From Macrostomum lignano (taxonomy: Eukaryota): DNA of 64,000 nucleotides. The notes below the pieces were generated by a model. The model searched no databases and had not been told where the DNA came from. It saw nothing but the letters and a program-made list of their open reading frames with translations. The stretch spans positions 124,001 to 188,000 of the forward strand of contig NIVC01001141.1 of assembly GCA_002269645.1 (NCBI GenBank), written 5' to 3'. Of the stretch, positions 1 through 12,300 are shown in pieces; position 1 is the first letter of the stretch; the number at the start of each line of letters is the position of its first letter. A program made the translations under genes and the position numbers.

Positions 1-370
1 CTGATCGGAGAGCGGTAGAGTGGGTTGCAGATGGGCAGTCTGATGGGAGAGCGGCAGAGTGGGGTGCAGATGGGCAGTCTGATGGGAGAGCGGCGGAGTG
101 GGGTGCAGATGGGCAGTCTGATGGGAGAGCGGCAGAGTGGGGTGCAGATGGGCAGTCTGATGGGAGAGCGGCAGAGTGGGGTGCAGATGGGCAGTCTGAT
201 GGGAGAGCGGCAGAGTGGGGTGCAGATGCGCAGTCTGATGGGAGAGCGGCAGAGTGGGGTGTAGATGGGCAGTCTGATGGGAGAGTGGTAGAGTGGGGTG
301 CAGATGGGCAGTCTGATGGGAGAGCGGCAGAGTGGGGTGCAGATGGGCAGTCTGATGGGAGAGTGGTAGA
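1..370. repeat. 39-bp minisatellite (GCAGATGGGCAGTCTGATGGGAGAGCGGCAGAGTGGGGT)n, probably in a CARMIL intron
   Basis: Direct tandem repeats visible; 13-aa periodicity in the ORF track. Confidence 0.95.
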
Positions 371-509
371 CAGTTGAACCAGCAGGTAGATAGCTGGTGT
401 CTCAGGCATTAAAAGGATTCACAGAAGGTCAAAGCAGTTGCTCCAGAACATGTGAAATTTATGAGTTTATACTCCAGTCAAGCATGCTCAGTTTCCGGGC
501 TCCACTCAC

Positions 510-3500
510 TGTTGAATTCTCCCCCTTCTGCTCGTTGCAATCGATGACCAGGTGGCTGAGAGGCGGCGGGCCCGGGAGGCCCTGCTGACCGCCGCCGAGG
601 GCTTCGCAGACGCGGTTCAACGCCTTGGCGGAGAGGCCGCAGCCGCTCAAGACCAGCCGCTCCAGACTGCTGCTGAGCCGAGACAGCAGGGCGCACAGCC
701 GGTCCACGACTTCAATGAAAAGGGGATGAGGCTGCTGGCATTTGGACTTTAGCTGAGGACCGGCGGTTTTTCAGGGAAATAAGGGAGTGAGTGAGTGGCA
801 CCAGGAGTGAGTGAGTGACGTCCAGAGTGAGTGAGTGACGCCCAGAGTGAATTAGTGGCACCTGGAGTGAGTGAGTGATGGCCAGAGTGAGTAAGTGACG
901 CCCAGAGTGGAGTGAGTGAGTGACGACCAGGGTGAGTGAGTGACGCCCAGAGTGAGTGAGTGACGCCCAGAGTGAGTGAGTGACGCCCAGAGTGAGTGAG
1001 TGACGCCCAGAGTGAGTGAGTGACGCCCAGAGTGAGTGAGTGACGCCCAGAGTGAGTGAGTGACGCCCAGAGTGAGTGAGTGACGCCCAGAGTGAGTGAG
1101 TGACGCCCAGGGTGAGTAAGTGACGCCCAGAGTGAATGAGTGGCACCTGGAGTGAGTGAGTGACGCCCAGAGTGAGTGAGTGACGCCCAGAGTGAGTGAG
1201 TGACGCCCAGAGTGAGTGAGTGACGCCCAGAGTGAGTGAGTGACGCCCAGGGTGAGTAAGTGACGCCCAGAGTGAATGAGTGGCACCTGGAGTGAGTGAG
1301 TGACGCCCAGAGTGAGTGAGTGACGCCCAGGGTGAGTAAGTGACGCCCAGAGTGGAGTGAGTGAGTGACGACCAGGGTGAGTAAGTGACGTCCAGAGTGA
1401 GTGAGTGACGCCCAGAGTGAATGAGTGACGCCCAGAGTGAGTGAGTGACGCCCAGAGTGAGTAAGTGACGCCCAGAGTGAGTAAGTGACGCCTCACAGTG
1501 AGTGCGTGAGTGGCACCCCGGAGGGAGTGAGTGACGCCCAAAGTGAGTGACGTGACACCCGGAGTGAGTGCATGGCAAACAGCGCTAAGCCTGAGAAGGG
1601 GACTCCAGAGGTAGCAGGACAGCAGCCCTTTTCAATTTACTTTTATCGTCGCTGAAGGTGTTGCCGGACAGGTCGAGCACCTTGATGCGGAACCCGCTGT
1701 TGGCGTCCAACGCTGAGGCAATCGCCCGCACCGAGTCTCTGTGGCGGAGTTGGGAGATGTGAAAGCTGGGATTAAATGCAGAGAGCAGGGCGAGAAGCAG
1801 TGATAGCTACTCACATTTTTAGGCCGCAGTTGGGCAGGTGCAATTCCAGCAGCGTTGTGTTGTAAGTCAGCATCATCTCCAGGAACTTGCTCATCTGAGC
1901 TGTCTGGAAGGGACAAATGATTCGTGAGAAGTTTTGAGTTCGATGTACCGATGGATGAAATTTAGCCCCCACCTAAACTCTGAAGCCACCTGAAGCTTAA
2001 AGCTCCCGAATTAACTTGTACGGATACGAGACTCGTAGTGTTTTCTATTTGAAGTATATCAATACTACTTTTAGTACGTCTGCAGCAAACTACAAGTCTG
2101 ACTCAGCGAGCCCAATGACATCAGATTGGTTCGGAAGCCTAACCAAGGCCCACGCTGACCCAGCGAGCCTAATGACATCTGATTGATTCGGAAGCCTAAC
2201 CAAGGCCCACGCTGACCCAGCGAGCCCAAGGACATCTGATTGGTTCGGAAGCCTAACCAAGGCCCACGCTGACCCAGCGAGCCCAAGGACATCTGATTGG
2301 TTCGGAAGCCTAACCAAGGCCCACGCTGACCCAGCGAGCCTAAGGACATCTGATTGGTTCGGAAGCCTAACCAAGGCCCACGCTGACCCAGCGAGCCTAA
2401 GGACATCTGATTGGTTCGGAAGCCTAACCAAGGCCCACGCTGACCCAGCGAGCCTAAGGACATCTGATTGGTTCGGAAGCCTATCCAAGGCCCACGCTGA
2501 CCCAGCGAGCCCAAGGACATCTGATTGGTTCGGAAGCCTAACCAAGGCCCACGCTGACCCAGCGAGCCTAAGGACATCTGATTGGTTCGGAAGCCTATCC
2601 AAGGCCCACGCTGACCCAGCGAGCCCAAGGACATCTGATTGGTTCGGAGATCCAAGGGCCAGGTAACCCAGAGTCACAAATTTGGATCTTGTACACAGCC
2701 AGGAGCTCACAAACTTGATGCCCTCGACATGGAGCGCAGTGAAGTAGTCATTGAAGCTGAGGGAGGCCAGGATGATGGCGAAGTCCGCCGGGCCGAAGTG
2801 GCTGAAGTCAGTCATGTTGAAGGTGCGCGAGCCCTGCGAGAAGTAGATGGTCTCCACGTCCCACCGGATCTCTTCGCGAACCTCGGCGCCCGTGTAGCGA
2901 CAGAAGAACTCGTAGGCGCTGCCGAAGTGGCCGCACTTGTCCGAGCCCGGCCGGCCCAGCTCCACCTTGTGGGCCTCTACCAAGGACTCCAGGTCCCACG
3001 ACTTTGGCAGCCGCAGATCCAAGAGCTGCTGCTGTGTGGTGCGCAGCTGCGGCAGGTGAAACTGCAGGCTGGCCACCAGATGCGAAACCAGCTTGATGAG
3101 GTCGGCCTCGAGAGTGCAGATGAACTGCAGGACCTCGCCGGTGCTTATCTGCAGACTGGCGCGGTTCTCCCCGCCCGCTTCCAGTCGGCGAATGTCCAGG
3201 AAGTGCACAGAGCGCTCGGTGCGGATCTGGCCTTTCAGCACCGCCACCTCCATGCGATCGGACCGCATGATCTGGGGATAAGAGGCAGTTTCGATTTCTT
3301 CGTCACAGAGGTGCATCCGTGATGCTTGGCTTCAGTGTCGGATTGTGAGCCTACTGACTCCAATAGGCCGTCTCTTATGCGCGCCCTGGTCACTCCCCCA
3401 CACTTATATGCGTGCCCTGGTCACTCCCGCACACTTATGCGTGCCCTGGTCACTCCCGCACACTTATGCGTGCCCTGGTCACTCCCGCACACTTATGCGT

Positions 3501-4229
3501 GCCCTGGTCACTCCCCCACACTTATGCGTGCCCTGGTCACTCCCCCACACTTATATGCGTGCCCTGGTCACTCCCCCACACTTATGCGTGCCCTGGTCAC
3601 TCCCCCACACTTATGCGTGCCCTGGTCACTCCCGCACACTTATGCGTGCCCTGGTCACTCCCGCACACCTATGCGTGCCCTGGTCACTCCCCCACACTTA
3701 TGCGTGCCCTGGTCACTCCCCCACACTTATGCGTGCCCTGGTCACTCCCCCACACTTATGCGTGCCCTGGTCACTCCCGCACACTTATGCGTGCCCTGGT
3801 CACTCCCGCACACCTATGCGTGCCCTGGTCACTCCCGCACACTTATGCGTGCCCTGGTCACTCCCCCACACTTATATGCGCGCCCTGGTCACTCCCGCAC
3901 ACTTATGCGTGCCCTGGTCACTCCCCCACACTTATATGCGCGCCCTGGTCACTCCCGCACACTTATGCGTGCCCTGGTCACTCCCGCACACTTATCCGTA
4001 CATCAGTCGGTTGAGTCAGTGGTCAGTTTGGCCCATTCACCTTCACCACTAGAGCTACAGAGCTAACAAGACATTTTGTGCAGCTTTGCTTGATTGGCGC
4101 AAGAGTCTGCGCGCAGTGGCAGTTTATTTCAGACTGTCGCGGACTAATTACCAGGATCCTGGTGTCCATTTTCCCAGTAGACTTGTTCTCCCAGTGCACG
4201 GTGACCTTGCAGTACTCCTTCTTGTCCAT
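510..4229 (-). CDS. CARMIL: CARMIL/LRRC16-family capping-protein regulator, 5' portion (PH-like domain + first LRRs); gene continues beyond window start
   Basis: Exon ~2711-3329 encodes CGHFGSAYEFFCRYTGAEVREEIRWDVETIYFSQGSRTFNMTDFSHFGPADFAIILASLSFNDYF, matching the CARMIL motif (REEVQWDVDTIY...DFSHL...ALEYNQWF). Phase-compatible GT-AG exons at 1815-1903, 1641-1738, 1559-1590 (tentative) and 510-752 encode LRR-like segments (IKVLDLSGNTFSD, LERLVLSGCGLS). The first exon (~4150-4229) boundary is uncertain. Confidence 0.85.
783..1570. repeat. ~20-bp minisatellite (GAGTGAGTGAGTGACGCCCA)n in a CARMIL intron
   Basis: Visible tandem array with variant units. Confidence 0.95.
2100..2650. repeat. 57-bp minisatellite in a CARMIL intron
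   Basis: 19-aa periodicity (NQSDVLRLAGSAWALVRLP) in the ORF track; lies downstream of the donor at 2709-2710. Confidence 0.95.
3375..3995. repeat. 29-bp minisatellite (CACTTATGCGTGCCCTGGTCACTCCCGCA)n in a CARMIL intron
   Basis: Visible tandem array. Confidence 0.95.
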
Positions 4230-5374
4230 CGCTCAGCGTTGCAGCTCTGCCGAGTTGTCTCTGCTGGCTTCGGGCAGCCGTGTGCCGAGGGCTGCGCAGT
4301 GATATCTGAAAAATGCAGAGTGCGCACGGGCTTAGCAAGCAGAACTGCGTCCTGGTTGAAGTAAGAAGGGCGACTTGAATTGCGCGGGCCGGGGTGGAGG
4401 GCACGAGGTCGCAGGGCTGCACGCCACCCCCTCCCGGGGCAGAAGGTGCTGCAGAGCGAGCCGTACGGGCGGGGTGAAGCTGCGCAATAAGCCTGGAAAG
4501 CCGGGCCAGCCCGAGCAGCGAGCAGGTATGGGGCGGTGCTCTGCCTCTCAATTTCGTGCAATTCGGAGCAGCTCGCAGTGCGATTTGCGTAGCGCAAAAT
4601 TCCATTTTTGCGTGTTGTGACAGAGTTTTATTATTGTGACAAGCCCAAGGTGCGCTGGCGCGAGCTGCATTCACAGAACAATGGGCTGCTCTGAGAGAGC
4701 GAGTGCGGGACAGAAGGGAGCCCCCGGCGGTCTGTGAGCATTCGGCTCAGCCTTCCGGATAGAGAAGCGGCTGCGAAGCAATCCCGGCATCCGCAAGTCA
4801 TGACTGCAGCTGTGCCATATTCAAATGCAATCATTTCTTAATGCAGCAGCTGCACTGCGAGCCCAGCTAGCTTGGATTTATCTGCCAATCTCTGCATGCA
4901 GACTTCAGCCACCCAGTCAACTGCAGACTGCGCCCTCAGTGCTGCCATGCTGGCAGGGCATCGGAAAAGATGAGGCAGCCGGCATCCTCCCTCCGCTAGC
5001 TGGGGTGCAGCCTGGCGAGGTTCTAAAGGTCTGGAGCTTTGCAGGTGCAACAGGCGCCAGTGGGAGTGAATCTGAACACTGCTAACACTGTACCAAAGGC
5101 TGCCCTATTTGACCGGGCAAATCTGATACAGTCACTACAGGCTAGGGCTGCCCACAGTAATTCAGCGGATTTTTAAAAAGAATAAGCATTTTCCGACAGC
5201 ATTGTGCTAGCCAGACTACTTAAAGCGATAGATAACGAATGTGTCAGCAAAAAGCAGTGAAAATATATACTGTGTAAATAATAATACGAATATTTGCATA
5301 TACATTAATAACTTTTATATATCGTACATAAAAACAAATATACTAATGAAATAAATAAAAAATGAAATCAGAGA

Positions 5375-6470
5375 CAGAGAGATATAATGAGAGATGGAGA
5401 CAAGGACTACTTAAGTTACTTTAGTCGTCCTTGGATGGAGAGAGATATGATGAGAGCTGGAGATCGAGAGATATAATGAGAGATAGAGATAGAGAGATAT
5501 AATGAGAGATGGAGATCGAGAGATATAATGAGAGATAGAGATAGAGAGATATAATGAGAGATGGAGATGAAGAGATATAATGAGAGATGGAGGTGGAGAG
5601 ATATAATGAGAGATGGAGATGGAGAGATATAATGAGAGATGGAGATCGGGAGATACAATGAGAGATAGAGATGGAGAGATATAATGAGAGATGGAGATGG
5701 AGAGATATAATGAGAGATGGAGATCGAGAGATATAATGAGAGATGGAGATGGAGAGATATAATGAGAGATGGAGATCGAGAGATATAATGAGAGATGGAG
5801 ATTGAGAGATACAATGAGAGATAGAGATGGAGAGATATAATGAGAGATGGAGATCGAGAGATACAACTAGAGATGGAGATCGAGAGATATAATGAGAGAT
5901 GGAGATGGAGAGATATAATGAGAGATGGAGATGAAGAGATATAATGAGAGATGGAGATGGAGAGATACAACTAGAGATGGAGATCGAGAGATACAATGAG
6001 AGATGGAGATCGAGAGATATAATGAGAGATGGAGATGAAGAGATATAATGAGAGATGGAGATGAAGAGATATAATGAGAGATGGAGATTGAGAGATACAA
6101 TGAGAGATAGAGATGGAGAGATATAATGAGAGATTGAGATCGAGAGATACAACTAGAGATGGAGATCGAGAGATATAATGAGAGATGGAGATGAAGAGAT
6201 ATAATGAGAGATGGAGATGGAGAGATATAATGAGAGATGGAGATCGAGAGATATAATGAGAGATGGAGATCGAGAGATATAATGAGAGTTGGAGATCGAG
6301 AGATATAATGAGAGATGGAGATGGAGAGATATAATGAGAGATGGAGATCGAGAGATATAATGAGGGTTGGAGATCGAGAGATATAATGAGAGTTGGAGAT
6401 CGAGAGATATAATGAGAGTTGGAGATCGAGAGATATAATGAGAGATGGAGAGAGAGAGAGAGAGAGAAGG
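5375..6470. repeat. Purine-rich compound simple repeat (GAGAGATATAATGAGAGATGGAGAT variants)
   Basis: About 1.1 kb with strong purine strand bias. Confidence 0.95.
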
Positions 6471-6832
6471 ATGGTCAGTTATGAATAGTCAGGTGGTCAG
6501 AGTGTTAACCCGGAACCCCTTAAAAGCAGAAAAATCCGCATCCATCCGCATTGGCAATGCCGCTCGAGCCAGTTTGAATGAGAGCTGAGAAGCAATAACA
6601 GTCTCAGATTCCGTTCACGCGAGTCTCGCAGGAGCAGCAAAATGCGCGCGACGGCAAGTTTTCCAGCGTCCTGGGGGCCATAAATTAGGGCGGCATCATA
6701 AAAGCTGAGAAGGCATTTCGGACCGCACCCCGGACTGAGAACAATAGTCACCTGTAAGGCATGTTCCTGCTTTGTCCTGTCTCGCGTTGTTAAACCAGAC
6801 TTGCTTTTTTGAGCTGCATAATTCTGAAGTAG

Positions 6833-7105
6833 TAAGGCAGTAAGTAAGACAGTTAGTAAGGCAGTAAGTAAGACAGTTAGTAAGGCAGTAAGTAAGACAG
6901 TTAGTAAGGCAGTAAGTAAGACAGTAAGTAAGGCAGTAAGTAAGACAGTTAGTAAGGCAGTAAGTAAGACAGTTAGTAAGACAGTTAGTAAGGCAGTAAG
7001 TAAGGCAGTAAGTAAGACAGTTAGTAAGGCAGTAAGTAAGACAGTTAGTAAGGCAGTAAGTAAGACAGTTAGTAAGGCAGTTAGTACATGTAAGGCAGTA
7101 AGTAG
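6833..7105. repeat. 12/24-bp minisatellite (GTAAGGCAGTAAGTAAGACAGTTA)n
   Basis: Visible tandem array. Confidence 0.9.
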
Positions 7106-7966
7106 TAAGAGGGGTGACCCTGTCTCGATCCAGGACATTCAGTTTTCCATGAGTTCGCTTAAACAGGCCAACGTAAATGGCTATCTCCATATCTCTCAAT
7201 GACTTAAAAAACTTTACACACTTAAGTATTTAGACTTGATTCAGCTGTCAAGTGGGAATTAAAGAATGGATTAAAGTGGCCTCCTGAATTCATTGAAACA
7301 CGTGTAGAAGCAGCCAACTTCTTCCTTGGACCATCTTTTTAAGCTAACTCGGGAAAAACTGAATGCGGATCGGTCCAGTGACCTCCAGGTACAGAGGACT
7401 CCTGAAGTGAGGCGCCTGGCACCCGGCTGAGGCATCTTGGCTAATCCAGGGGATTTCAAGTCAAGCAAAGAACCAGCTTGACTGATTTTCAGATGCAGTC
7501 TGAGAGATTTCGGATCTGCCTTTGCGCCCTGAAATGATTCACTGTGGCAGTTTTCTCATTAAGTGCAGCGCACAATGAGTCACAGTGAGTCGGGCCGTGG
7601 GAAGGCGGGCTGCCACTTGGGCTGAGATATTTTACGTCTGCAAGTGTTGCTGCAGTAAAAAGAGAATACTGTGGGGCGGTTTGACAATGGCCTGAGCATG
7701 CCTGCCTGGCTATTGTGAGCACTTGCCAAGGAAGCTTCGAATGCTAAAAATGGAAGCCAGGAATAAAAAGTTTCTAAAATAAGCCCAAGCATCCTGCAGC
7801 TGCGGCAACCAATGCCTCTACTCGCTGCGAGCCCGCGTGGAGGAAGGCTCGAGGAGCCCCCGGGGTCCCCCTCCTCCCGCCCCGAGACTACATAAGGCGA
7901 GACCGCAGGCCCTGAACCCCACTCAGCCAAATTTTGCCTTGGAACAGCTGTTTTTCACCAGCAGCA

Positions 7967-8458
7967 ATGCGCCCAGAAACTAGCAGCAAGCCCAGCCTGG
8001 CAGCAGCGGCTCTCCTGCTCTGCCTGTGGCTGATGCAGCCTCAGGGCCAGGCCCTGCAGCCGACCAACCTGCTGCGACTGGTGACTGACCGCTGCGGCTC
8101 CGGCTTCGCGGCCAACCTGACCCGGAATGACACTTTCCTAGTCTTCCTGCCCGAGGGAATGCAAAGGCTGACGCCGGAGAGCGAGGTCCGCAGATGCAGC
8201 GTCGACACCTCCGGGCCTTGCCGGATGGAGACTTGCAGACACTACTGGAACCACCTGCCGGAGCAGGGCCTTGCCCACTCGGAGTCCAAGTGCATCAGCC
8301 CGAGTCCAACCGGCTCAATGGAGCTCGAGCACAACTACGCCTGTGGGAACCTTACCGTCAGGCAGACGGCCACGGAGGTCCTGGGCAGCTGCCAGGGCGT
8401 TGCCATCGTGCGCAGCTTCTCCAAAGACGTGCGCAGCTGCCGGGTGATGAGACTGTGA
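7967..8458 (+). CDS. Orphan secreted cysteine-rich protein, 163 aa, single exon
   Basis: ATG at 7967; hydrophobic leader LAAAALLLCLWLMQPQGQA; 8 Cys after the leader; three NxT sequons; GC-rich codon usage like neighbouring genes. Confidence 0.6.
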   Translation: MRPETSSKPSLAAAALLLCLWLMQPQGQALQPTNLLRLVTDRCGSGFAANLTRNDTFLVFLPEGMQRLTPESEVRRCSVDTSGPCRMETCRHYWNHLPEQGLAHSESKCISPSPTGSMELEHNYACGNLTVRQTATEVLGSCQGVAIVRSFSKDVRSCRVMRL

Positions 8459-9361
8459 CGCCTGCTGACCTGGTCCGATCGTGCGGTTTAACATTTCTAG
8501 AATGTACTTTTTACCCCACTATTATTACTGTCTTCATATTTTCTGCTCGCATTACATCGCTAGAAAGTTCAGCCACCCCACAATAGTCATATCAGTGCTC
8601 ATTACATTTTTTAGTTAAATTCATGAAGCTGGTACAGTATAAAATATAACCCAGTTGTAGTATGATTCTAATGGAATATTGAATTGACTGATGGCTTTTA
8701 TTTCTCGAGTTTTCATTGCTTTATAGACAGACAAAAATCACGAGGTTACGTCAAACGGATTTTCACAGCACTATTAGCGCATGCAGTTAAACAATATTTT
8801 GCTCTGTAACGATAAACATTGGGCGGCGGGCAGGTAGAGGTCAAATGTGGATAGTTGGCAGTCATTTCGGAAGCTGGGGGGGATAACAGCTGAGTCTTCT
8901 CATAAATATATTAAAATGCTTAGTTTACTAATCAACTGAAAGTAGCTTACTCGCATATTCGAGAGTGGCCCAATTTGTTTAAGTTTGCTGGTCCCCATAT
9001 AGTGGACATACTCTATACGTCCCCATGCAAACGGGGCTGATTAGTGCTGGCGTGAGAAGTGCAGCAGCGTCCTACACCTGAGCAGTCCCCGCTCAAGCAA
9101 TGGCCAAAAAGTTAAATGAAATACAAACAGAAAACAATTGGAAAATCTTTTAGTCTGTCTAGAGAGTCTAATTATATAAGGATTAAAATTGGAACATTAT
9201 CATTAATTTACCGCATAGTAAAACAAATCAAAACAGTATTGAAAAGTTAATCAGACAGCAGGAGGCTGCAGAAGAAGCAAACATCTCAACTTGAATCATC
9301 GGGGCGGCATCAGCGGGCACGGAGCTTGCGGGGGCCGCAGCAGCGTGCAGCCAGGGCCCGG

Positions 9362-12300
9362 CTAGGACTTCTTGAACCGCTTCAACTGGCGATTCGGCTT
9401 CAGCTGCGGGTCGATGACGGGCTTGGCGGGCAGCACGGCCGGGGCGGCGGACGGCACGTCATCGTCTGGGAGGCAGCGAGCTGGGGAGTCCCCAGAAACC
9501 CTGACTGCACTGCGCCGGGTGGCCGTGAGCATTCGGCGGACCTGCTTGCCGCAGGTCATCTGCCACTCCTGCTCCACCCTGCTCTTGTCCAGGTTGCGGA
9601 ACATCTTGCGAATCTCCTGCAGGTTGGCGCCCTCGGAAGGCGGTGGCCCAGCACGAAGATGGTGAGGTTGTTGCGCGGCTCGAAGACGCGGCCGTAGCCG
9701 TCCTGCACCGTGAAGCCGCCATTGTCAAGCGCAAACTTGTCAATGAGGTGCTTAGAGAGGCTGAGGCGCTCCCAGCTGGGGGCATCGTCCCACCTGGGGA
9801 AGGTGACGAAGAACCAGCAGTTCTCATCGCCAGTGTCCAGATAGTCCAAAATCCTTGAGGCCACCCGGTCCATCATGGCCTCGATGAAGGGTGGGTTCAC
9901 ATGCCAGCCGCCGTGGCACTTGGAGAAGTCCACCTTGAAGAAGCTGCCCATGCTGCCGAACTCCTCGTCAGTGTCGATGAAGAGGCTGCAGAAGCGAGAG
10001 TCCGCCTTGTCGATCATCTTGGAGTTCAGAGGAGACGCGAAGCCCTCGTACCGAACTCCCATGAGGTCATGCAGTGCATTGTGCACCGTGATGGGGTCGC
10101 CCCACTGCAGACTGCCGGTGCCCAGCGCCTCGTACCTGATCAGCATCCTGGTGGCTGGCAGCAGTCCGAAGTTGCGCACCAGGAACTTCACCCGCCAGCA
10201 GTGCTTGGACTTGAAGTCGCCCAGTGTCACGTGAGCTGCATCTTCGCTGTCCTCAATCAGCTCTATGCGGAGGTCGCTTGTGTCTTCGTCCCTGCCATCG
10301 TCCTTCAGGAACTTGCGCAGTCGCTGCTCCAACTGACCAAAGATGGTCCTGGCGTTCTCCCTGTCCGAGCTGAACTTCTTCTCCACGCACTCGTCGATCA
10401 GCTTCTGGTTCACCGAGTCCTCCTCGCTCAGGCTTTGCGGAAACAGCGGGTAGCGCGAGTCCATGCTGCCATCGTAGTCCAGCTGGAAGGACAGCAGCCA
10501 GCGGTCCAGCATGTTCTGCGCCTCCGAAAGGTTCTTATCCGCTGTGTGGTACATCCTGCCGTCTCCCTTCAGGAAGACGTCCACCAAGGAGCGGGCGAAG
10601 CGCCACTGCCGCAGCTCCGTCAGGTGCTTCTCTGTGGGCTCGGACTCATCAAGCAGTGGGGAATGCCTTCTTTTGAGTCTGTTCCGGAGATCCGCGGTGT
10701 TGCCCGTCTCATGGCCGTCGGTCTTGGCAGCTCTGTGCCGGCTGGGCTTGAGGATTACACGGAGCTGCTTGCTGCAGGTCATCCGCCACTCCTCCTCCAC
10801 CATGTGCCGGTTGAGGTTGCGGAACATCTTGCGAATCTCCTTTAGGTTGGCATCATCGGGCAGGCGGTTCCCCATCACGAAGATGGTGAGGTTGTTGCGG
10901 GGCACGAAGATGCGGCCGTAGCAGTCCTGCACCGTGAAGCCGCCGTCGTCCAGCTCGATCTGGTCGATGCGGCGCTTGGAATCACTGAGACGCACCCAGC
11001 CGGGGGTGTCATCCCACCTGGCGGATGTTTAGGCGATGGGAAAAAATACAATTTAGAGGTGTAAGAAAAAAAAGTTTCTGACGTAGATAAGAAATCCCCT
11101 TAGTGAGTTAGAAGCAATCAAATCCGATTTGACCATCGAATTCCTATCTAAATAAAATTCATTCGGCCGCAAGAAGGCTTCGACTTGGAGAAAAACTGAA
11201 GCAGACCAGCACATTCCTCTACTAAAAGTAGCGAGGATCGGGTATAGACAGAATTTTGGCATGCTTTGAAATCTGCCATGAATGTTAACTAAGCAAAGGT
11301 CGCCACCTCAGAGATTTCTGAGCTAGAAGCGCACTTGCTTAGCTGTACTGTGTGGACAGGTCGCTCAAACTACGAGTACAGGTGTAAAACGAGTAAATTG
11401 GTAATTCCTAGTGCAATGCAGAGACAGCAATTTTTATTCCAGTATCTGAGATACACTGGTAATTTAACTGCATCAGTTTCACAGAGTCACTCCACTTCTA
11501 GCTCGTAAATACCCTCAGAATTTGCGCTTAATGTTGTGGAAGGAGAGCTCCCTTCAGGCCAAGAGACATCCCAACAATAGTGTCCCAGTTGTGGCTCTCA
11601 AATCCTGGGATTATTGGGCGGCAGATCGTCCCGAATTAAGTGCTCAAATCCCAGGAGCAATAGCTGGGAAACGATCCCGAACAGAGTGCTTGAATCCCTG
11701 GATCAGTTGCTGGTGAGGATCCCAAAAAGGCTCAAATACCGGGATCAGTGGCTGGTAAGGATCCCAATTCCAAAATAGGCTTAAATACCGGGATCAGTGG
11801 CTGGTAAGGATCCCAAATAGGCTTAAATACCAGGATCAGAGGCTGGTAAGGATCCCAAATAGGCTTAAACACCGGGATCAGTGGCTGGTGAGGATCCCAA
11901 ATAGGCTCAAATACCGGGATCAGTGGCTGGTAAAGATCCCAAATAGGCTCAAATACCGGGATCAGTGGCTGGTAAAGATCCCAAATAGGCTCAAATACCG
12001 GGATCAGTGGCTGGTGAGGATCCCAAATAGGCTCAAATACCGGGATCAGTGGCTGGTAAAGATCCCAAATAGGCTCAAATACCGGGATCAGTGGCTGGTA
12101 AAGATCCCAAATAGGCTCAAATACCGGGATCAGTGGCTGGTAAGGATCCCAAATAGGCTTAAATACCGGGATCAGTGGCTGGTAAGGATCCCAAATAGGC
12201 TTAAATACCGGGATCAGTGGCTGGTAAGGATCCCAAATAGGCTTAAATACCGGGATCAGTGGCTGGTAAAGATCCCAAATAGGCTCAAATACCGGGATCA

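Noticed and set aside
712-4066. Long ORFs across CARMIL intronic repeats (712-1578, 2071-2655, 3326-4066 etc.)
   Set aside because: Translations of stop-free minisatellite units, open in several frames and on both strands.
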